A DNA stretch of 59,548 nucleotides, counting the filler, from Perkinsus olseni (taxonomy: Eukaryota): the NCBI GenBank assembly GCA_013115125.1. It is 3 parts of 3 records of this genome, joined end to end, with 100 filler letters (N's around TTAATTAATTAA, not from the genome) between each part and the next. Parts side by side here need not be neighbours in the genome. Positions count along the whole stretch, not along the records: positions 39,797 to 59,548 come from JABANN010000594.1; 2 more parts are not named here. One strand, written 5' to 3'. This document shows positions 52,051-59,548 of this stretch, piece by piece. The notes under the pieces are model-generated. The model worked only from the letters and a program-made list of their open reading frames with translations, did no database searches and was not told where the DNA came from. Positions within the stretch are counted from its first letter, which is position 1; each line of letters opens with the position of its first letter. The position numbers and the translations under genes are program-made.

Positions 52051-52887
52051 ATACCCCGTTCGCAGGCGCTCGCACACAGTTCAATCTTACACCCCCAACT
52101 CGTACATGGATGATGATTCCGTTGCTATCACTACTAGCTTCGAGCTAGTAGCTTGTATGACTACAGCTCTCAACCGCCAAAATATTGTTATGCAAGTCGC
52201 ATACAAAACTTCTAACATGCCACCTTAATGGTGGCACCATGTGGGCCACATGGCCATTTGGTTCTGGAATACATAATGTGCCGGCATGAGTGCTTGATAC
52301 GCGCGGACATCTTGTAGAAGTTCGTTATTAATAGTGACTTACTAATGAACGCAATCTAACAGTGTTCACATCTAATAGCTTGCTTGCATACACAACTTAA
52401 GGGCAGTAGCCTCTATCGACGACTGAACATAAAGAATGATAAACTTTCACCTCAAAAACTGCTAAACATTTGTCGCTCGAGAGTTCTCTTCTTCTGTCGA
52501 ATCCTCGCCGGCATCACTATCCGGGAAGGACCCCCAGGAACCAATCCTGGCTGGATTGTAGGAACACAGCTGTCCCGAACCTGATACCGAACACTCTGTT
52601 ATCATCTCGTGTCTGGATGATTCAGCGACCATTCAATGGCCGAAAGCTGAGCTACGTCATCAATAAGATTGAACTAAGGAAGACATAGAAGCCGCCATGC
52701 AAACAGATCCACAATTTCGTGCTTCCATTCGTGCTTCATTCGCCTAGCTCGAATCTGTCATCTCAGCGGACATTCTCAACCTCGCATGGAGAAAGATGTG
52801 ATAATGAATACTCTTACAGCCAGACATCACCAGCGCCCACTCTAACGTGTAATACTAATAACTATTTTCCTATGAATAATCAGCTCG

Positions 52888-55708
52888 CTATAAATACTGT
52901 TTACCATTATATCGCATCCCTATCATCGTATTGCTGGCATTCTTCAGGACTTTATCAGTAAGGCCGAGAAGGTTCAGAGAATCCTCAGTCAGTTGATAAT
53001 GACCCTCCTCATCTCGAACCATCACCTGCGAATCGAGCGGAGCGAAGGGTTTCATGATCACCATTTTTATCTCCTTCTTACAACAACATCGCAATTGTGA
53101 GGGTTGTAAGTTTCCTCGAAAAGATCGACCGTCCAGTTGAACCAACGCATGAGAAAAATACGGAGAGTTACACCATGAGTGACAATCACCTGTGAAAGAT
53201 ACTCATGAAACGGTAAGATTTCTCAGCAGCAACAACGACCTACCACGTCTGAATCCTCAGTATAGCGCAAATGACCAGCGAAAACATCGCTTCGAGTTCG
53301 CGGCCGATAGGCCCTCCTGAGCAGACATAGAATCCGCTACTGGAATTCCAGCCCTTATTACGAGCTCCCTCGGGTTGGCTCACTCCAATGCCGCTTCATC
53401 GACTCCAGAAAAGTCGTGACGCGATCATAGACATCAGCACCAGATTCACCTACAAGAGTTCACGAAGGAGTGGTATGCCTTCGACACGCATGCCCAGATT
53501 ACCATGAGGGAAGCGGTAAAAGAAACGGCCGAATCTCTCCCTTTCTTGTTTGCACTTCAACATCTCCGTCGGACACTGGAAGTTGCCGAAATCTTGCTCT
53601 CTGATCCGCGGCTCCGATCGGACCGACACAACTTTATCCAAACCGATCGTTTTCGCGATCTCTTCGTACGTCTGAAAATCCACAATAGCAAGCGCGATGT
53701 TTCCTCTTGCTCACCTCAACTGTCCTTCTGTACGGACTGACGTAGAACACTGCTCGTTTGACCAACTTTCTGATCTGCTCTCCGGCCACTCGAGCCTCGA
53801 GTCTTCCTCTACCCGTGAGGGGCACTTTCCAGTCGGGAGTTTGACTGTACCTGCAGAGGGAAATCAATGTAACGAACAACGACAGAAACAACAACAAGTT
53901 GTTGTCAATTAACGTTGTTCTCATGACATGCTGATAAAGTCTACAATGATAACGACAACGGGTGTTGTAGCAATAGCCACGATGGAAGCTTCCGGGTTAT
54001 TAATTTCGAGGGCATCAGAGCCTCATCAAGTTTCAATCACGAAGAATATTTTTCCCATTTTGCTTATATCCTAGATACGTCGATTCTGCCAGAGGAGCGC
54101 CAGTTCCATGCAATCAAGAAGATCCGCGATCTCCTTCGCTATCAATTCCGGCAAACCACGAGAAGAGGAACTTATGAAGCATAAGAATCAAACCAACTCC
54201 CAAGTTATCCAAAGCGATTTTCTATCCAACAAAGAAAATCACAGATCAAACGAGGCGAAAACAGCAGAAAAATTGATTCAGATTTTCAGGAGCCACCCGG
54301 TCCCAGTATTACGTATGCTCATCTATGTTTCCCATACTCTCACCGTGTCGTACCTGCAATCGAAAAATCCACCGAAGTTGGTGTGTTTTCGAATCAACCT
54401 ACCAGGATGATCCGCCGAGGTCTGAAACCGGAGCCTACGTTGGGACGAGGTTTCCGCTTGAAATGACTGTAGGAAGGCAATCGAGGACCTGAGCCAATCG
54501 TCAGCTGATCAACGATTAAGTCCGCGATTGCGAGCTTGATGGTCTTGTAAACATATCAAAAATGATGTCATCGGAACCCGAAGATAAATCAATTTCGGGT
54601 TCCACTGAGTGGAACCATCAAGTTCCGGAGATCTACACCATTTCCAGACCTACTTAGTAAGACCCCAGAGCAATTTGATAAATCCCAGACCAAATTAGTA
54701 AAACCCCAAAGCAATTTGATTTTATGAAAGACCAATTTAGTAGAGCCCCAAAGAACCACTAAATAGTACGGAAAGACTCACAATCGGCCTACATGAAGTA
54801 AGCACTCGGTATCCTGAAGTTCACAGGTTTTTCAAGTTATCGTTAAACATTCGAATTGGGGCTCCGAATGGCATGCCTTCCATGGCTGAGCAACGAGGGT
54901 ACAATGTTTGAGCGTGATTGAAGCATCGTATACAAAGTTGCATGCTAACCGCATCAGCCCCTGTTTGAAGCAACCTCCTTCGTTCTGCTTTCGTTCCGCC
55001 GCCTCTCCCGCCACTCATGGCCGGAGTCCCCGGGCCGGGAGGAGGGACGAATCGTCCCGGACGATCCGGATGTCGATCTCGCGTGCCGACTAAATTGCTC
55101 TGGGGTTATACTAATTTGGCCTCGGCTTTATTAAATTGCTCTGGGGATTCACTAATTTGCTTTGGGGTTTTACTAAGTAGGTCTGGAAATGGTGTAGTAG
55201 TAGAAGAGATAGCAAAGACGAGAAAGAACTCATCGACGATCGATAAACCAAAGAGGCGAGCTCGAACAGAAGTAAAGGGGGACAGACTACATAAAATCCG
55301 ACGAAACTCTTCTCGCTCCGGAACTTCCTTTTGTTTGTGATCACAGCTTCCGAGGGCGACAATCGTCAACACAATCCCTCACTGCGGGCCCCTCTCCCCA
55401 TTACTTTGAAAATCCTCATCAGTACTGCTGCAAACTTCATCCTCCCCGCACGACGGTGACAGCCCGACGCTCGGCGAGGCAAATCCGCAGCTCTCCGAGG
55501 AACTCACGGGAGTATCGTCAACGCAATCAGAAGCAACGACCTTGAGGGTTGGAGGCTGCCTGTCGATCGAATCAGGGTGAATTGGCATTGACAACAACAA
55601 AACTAAATGACTATCGAGTACAAGAAGTAAGACCACAAGCACGCCAGACACCCCTAGAAGAATCATGAGATGTTCGTAGCTCAGCGGTGATTGCCACGAC
55701 AGTTTCAT
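52888..55708 (-). CDS. Phosphoglycerate-mutase-like histidine phosphatase (DET1-like), many exons, N-terminal hydrophobic extension
   Basis: Spliced RPRRIIL|VRHG, PDWKVPLTGRG, YVSPYRRT, EPRIREQDFGNFQ, RFFYRFPHGESGADVYDRV, VTHG, FLMRWF. Linkage of the 5' exons (55280-55708) is inferred. Confidence 0.85.
54636..55194. mobile_element. MITE family B, 559 bp, TA-flanked, probably intronic in the phosphatase gene
   Basis: TA|CACCATTTCCAGACCTACTTAGTAA ... TTACTAAGTAGGTCTGGAAATGGTG|TA, with subterminal repeats of aaaccccagagcaattt. Confidence 0.92.
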
Positions 55709-56122
55709 CCTCAGGCGAGCGAGTTTAAAGACGAATCCTTAACAGTGAGAAATGACGAGGACAAAACTTGGAGAGCATCGTCGTAACATTGTGACACACA
55801 AAGAACGAGAATCCAGATGAAATTGAATTCGCGGAGAACTGCCTTCCCCTCCACCCGCACCAACGCGTCGAGTCTCACCGATTCAGCAGGACAGGCCCGA
55901 CCAGATCTGCTATGAGGAACGAGAGGGTATTCAGTCCCCGAACTAACCCTCGTAAAAACCTACTGAGGCTTTCTGCTAGATCCCATGCCCTTTTCGCACT
56001 TGAATTCTCAGACGGCGACACTGAGCGACTTCGCATACAACTAAAGTGAACTCCTCCCCACACACGTCAATTCAACACTACGAGGATTATGAAACCATTA
56101 ATCGTTAAAAACACAAAAAAAT

Positions 56123-57289
56123 CTATAACAGAATATCTTTCACGGAAGAGACCTCAGGATCCACAGCCTCTGCAGCATCATAGCGGACTCTTCCCCAAAG
56201 CTCGCCGCTCCTTGGCGACATCACCGCGGTGTAGATCGTCCCATCATTCAACACAGGCCTTTCAGAAATACAATCAACCACCACTCCGAACGTAGCCACG
56301 TCACCGTCCTTTTGACCGTGTCTGGCAATGCACTCCTCAGCCCTAGTTCGCCTCGGGTCCGTCGGAGGGTCGGGTAACCAGTTATCATGATTAGTCTCAA
56401 CAGCATACCAGTTGTCCTTCAAGTGCTCTACCGGTACAACAAGGCTGGTTTCGTTCCTTGTCAGGATCGACCCTTGATACTTGCCATCGCCAGCGACAGC
56501 AACATAAACAGCCGCCCCGAAAGGAACTCTCTTCAAAAACTCAACGGCGCCGTCGTAGTCTCTTACGCCATTTCTAAACATCATCTCCCGGAACATGAAC
56601 TTGTGAGGAACAGCTCCCTCTCGAATCCGGTTCAAAATCTCTTGTTTCGGTCGATTCACGGACCGCCAGTTCTCTTGCATAGACAAACCATCGGCAGTAA
56701 CAGCAGTCACCATGCCACCAGCGAACCAGTAGAAGTCCAGGGCCTCAACGTCGGCAGCACCAGGCGCGATATTTTTGTATCTTAATTGCAAAGTAACTCG
56801 CCTTGCAAAATCGGGGGCGCCCTGGTCCATATTTCGGCCGTGAACGACATGCCCGTTTTTGTCAGAAACCAAGAGGGCGCTGCAGTCATGATGAACCTTC
56901 GGGTCCTCGCTGAAGTGGCCGATCTCGTGACTGTAGGCCCAGGCGCACAGGTAGGGGTAGCTGACGTAGTGACCGTGAGCGGCAAACTCCTCAGAGATGC
57001 CGCGCAGCTCGAGAGCTTGCACGGGGAAGTACTTTTCTAGAGAGTCCATGAAAACATCGTAGTCCTTGTCGGACAGACCATCGAAAGTCGTCTTGTTCCA
57101 CTGGGCGAAGAGAGGACGGAAACTCTGGTCGAAGGGCCACGCTTGCAGTGACACTCGGACGGCGGACTTGAAGTGCTCCGATGGTCGTCGGGCGAGATCT
57201 ACTTCAGCGAAAGGGGCCTTGGTGGCGGTGAAGTCCTTGCCGAAGGTGAGGGGAAGGAGGATCCAGAGGATGAGGAAAAGGGGTAGCAT
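56123..57289 (-). CDS. Acid ceramidase/NAAA-like Ntn hydrolase with signal peptide, intronless
   Basis: MLPLFLILWILLPLTFG signal, ELRGI, nucleophile motif CSALLVSDKNGHVVHGRNMD, VETNHDNW, DPRR, PVLNDGTIYTAVM. Start placed at the Met after an acceptor-like site. Confidence 0.9.
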   Translation of the reverse strand: MLPLFLILWILLPLTFGKDFTATKAPFAEVDLARRPSEHFKSAVRVSLQAWPFDQSFRPLFAQWNKTTFDGLSDKDYDVFMDSLEKYFPVQALELRGISEEFAAHGHYVSYPYLCAWAYSHEIGHFSEDPKVHHDCSALLVSDKNGHVVHGRNMDQGAPDFARRVTLQLRYKNIAPGAADVEALDFYWFAGGMVTAVTADGLSMQENWRSVNRPKQEILNRIREGAVPHKFMFREMMFRNGVRDYDGAVEFLKRVPFGAAVYVAVAGDGKYQGSILTRNETSLVVPVEHLKDNWYAVETNHDNWLPDPPTDPRRTRAEECIARHGQKDGDVATFGVVVDCISERPVLNDGTIYTAVMSPRSGELWGRVRYDAAEAVDPEVSSVKDILL

Positions 57290-57563
57290 TATAGTGGAAA
57301 AAACTGCATGGAATCTTGTAAAGATAAATCTCGTGGACCCAATAGATTCTGAAACTTTAATTTCACTTGTTCTCATCAACCCGATCATCACGAGCTTCAC
57401 TGCGTGTTCAACAGAACTCTCCTGAGCTTCGAAAGCGATCCTTGGATGGTCTTGAACTCGGTCCCCTAAATTCATTAGAGGTCCATTGACCACTCTCTCA
57501 GAAATGGTTGCACTTGAGCTAGACAAATCAATAACAAGTCGAATACGCATGCGCAGTCTGGGT

Positions 57564-57753
57564 TTCCGTCACGCGCCACGAAATTCCGTGATTGCCGACG
57601 CCGGTCGCCTTTTCCTGTGACTTAGAGTGGAACATGAAGATCACAGAGGTGCCCGGATGCGGGCTAGGCTAGGGAAGATCCTTAGCCCTTGAAGGGACAT
57701 CAACAACAAATACGAGGACGGGTTGAGAAAATTCCGTCACGCGCCACGAAATT
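57564..57753 (+). promoter_or_regulatory. Duplicated TTCCGTCACGCGCCACGAAATT in the divergent intergenic region
   Basis: Identical 22-mers at 57564-57585 and 57732-57753, between head-to-head genes. A regulatory role is inferred only. Confidence 0.5.
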
Positions 57754-57797
57754 TCGGCGTGGTCGCGATCTCCCTTCCCTAGGTGTTTTCATTGATA

Positions 57798-59033
57798 ATG
57801 ACATCAAAGGATCTCCGTAAACTACCTGAGGAGGAGCGGTTAACACTGGCCGTCCAGGGACCTACCTTCATATTCGACGGAGTTTGCAATCTATGCAACA
57901 CTGCACTCAGATTTGTAATCATGAAGGGTCAACCTAGGCTGAAACTCAGGCGGTGCTCAATAGACTGCCTCTCCCGAATGCCAGGAGAGCTCCCAGGATC
58001 GATTCTGGCGTCTAAGTTCCGATCCTGGGAGCGTTCTTGAAACTCTGGAGGGGTCCATTGAACACGCGGTCAGCATCGATTGGGGAACAGTGACTTCACG
58101 TGTGAAGAACAATTTCGATTCTGAGCTCCGAAATTACTTTATTCGACGGGCGACAGTCCAAGCCCAGATTCTCAGCTACATCCTTGTTCCAAGGGGCGTT
58201 ACAACCAAGTCGTGAAACTGACTCCTTTCGATCCTCGTGTTGTTCGGTTAGGTTAATGATCACGTGCGGCCCGATGCTGATGTGAAGTACATGTGGACGA
58301 ACCATCCAGACACGTTGAAAATTCTGGAAAAGTAATAGTCTTGACCTGTTCCGTATCTTACTCGGTTGACCTTAAGATACCCTGTGTCAGATACGACGTT
58401 GACGAGGAGGACATCAACAAGAGCTGGGGTTACCTCAAAAATGGTCAGCTCTATCGCGGCTCCACCGCATGGCTGATGGGCCTCCGCGAACTCTGTGCTC
58501 CGTGGTGCTGGGGTTACTATCTCATTTACGTTCCCGAGGCTATCAGGGAGTTTGTGTGAGTGCGATTCACTGCGGTTGTCCCGTAGATCGACTCTTGAGG
58601 CTTTTTCACCAGATGCTAGAGATCCCGGGTTCAATCCTGGGCCTCGGCACTGACCTATCGAATTTATAAGATGTGATGAAATTATCTACATTAATTTCAC
58701 TTCAGTGAATATTACTTTCGGGATTTACTCGATTCCCTCAGCGTTTGGGCAGCTAGCTGCATAGCGCCAACGCACAGCTCATTGTCTAGCATATCGGTGT
58801 CAAGTCTAAGTTGGCTGCGGCAGTGGACTCTCCTTTGATCCCCCCCCCACTCTTGATTCACAGTAGCAGGGTGGTTGTAGATGCATCTCCGATTGTGTAG
58901 GTACAACTTGGTGGCGAAGAATCGTTACCGGTGGTTCGGCCGAAGCGACCAGTGTCGTGTTGTGGAGAAGTCTATGCTGCATCGTTTCTTACACAGCACA
59001 GCCATGCCATCGAAGGATACTAAAGTTGAATGA
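57798..59033 (+). CDS. DCC family (DUF393) thiol-disulfide oxidoreductase, 4 exons
   Basis: FIFDGVCNLCN (DxxCxxC), YRGSTAW, VPEAIREFV|YNLVAKNRYRWFGRSDQC. Confidence 0.92.
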
Positions 59034-59548
59034 TTTCACAACTATTGTTACTACGAGTGTGCGAAGAAGCTTGATGACGACAGTCTCTAGTTGAAGATGC
59101 TTCTTGAGTTGTGAGTAGTCCTCGCTCGGAAACGCGATGGCTGTGTGCTTGAAGCTGCAGATTTAGAAATGGGACTATGGATGTGCCGGCGAAACTTACC
59201 TCGCTCGGGATATGTGAGGAGCGATGACGAAATGTAGGAAACGATGTACTTGCTTGGGGGTTCGCAATCGTGAGTTTCCTGGAGGCTTCGAAGCGAAGCG
59301 GTGTTGGCCATACCGATTAACCGGACTGAGTTATGGTGGCATTCTTCTAATTTGGCGCCATTGTTGCCACACATGCCACTTCACTCAGGTATGAACCGAA
59401 GGTGGCGAAGAGACCGACTGATTGAGTCTACACAACAACCGAGTTTACCGTCTGGAGTTTAATCTTTCATCTGCTGCCTTCTCATCATCCGCATCACAGC
59501 GTAGCTTCTTGTCGTAGCAAGATAGGATCGGCAATAAAACCATCATAA

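Noticed and set aside
57290-57550. 87 aa N-terminal extension of the NAAA-like ORF
   Set aside because: A signal peptide and an acceptor-like site point to the Met at 57289.

Overview
Eukaryotic protist DNA, most consistent with Perkinsus. This is inferred from short GT-AG introns, polypyrimidine-AG acceptors just upstream of start codons and the gene families present. The window joins three ~19.8 kb contigs (1-19811, 19912-39696, 39797-59548) with artificial N44-TTAATTAATTAA-N44 spacers, so adjacency across spacers means nothing. Recognisable genes: a multi-pass membrane protein carrying split TIR-like motifs, two histidine phosphatases, a GrpE-like co-chaperone, a many-exon TPR protein, AAAP and POT transporters, a nucleotide-diphospho-sugar transferase, an acid ceramidase/NAAA-like hydrolase, a DCC-family oxidoreductase and several lineage-specific hypotheticals. 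Mobile DNA: two MITE families sharing CACCATT ends and a cTAg context, and a decayed tyrosine-recombinase retroelement-like region ending in B-A-B repeats. The main unexplained signals are a 12-mer (GCGCCACGAAAT) recurring in all three contigs in exons, introns and intergenic DNA, the membrane-embedded TIR-like protein with an intact WCxxE motif, scattered tRNA T-arm fragments, and a TGA at a conserved Cys position. Exon structures were assembled by eye; no database searches were run.
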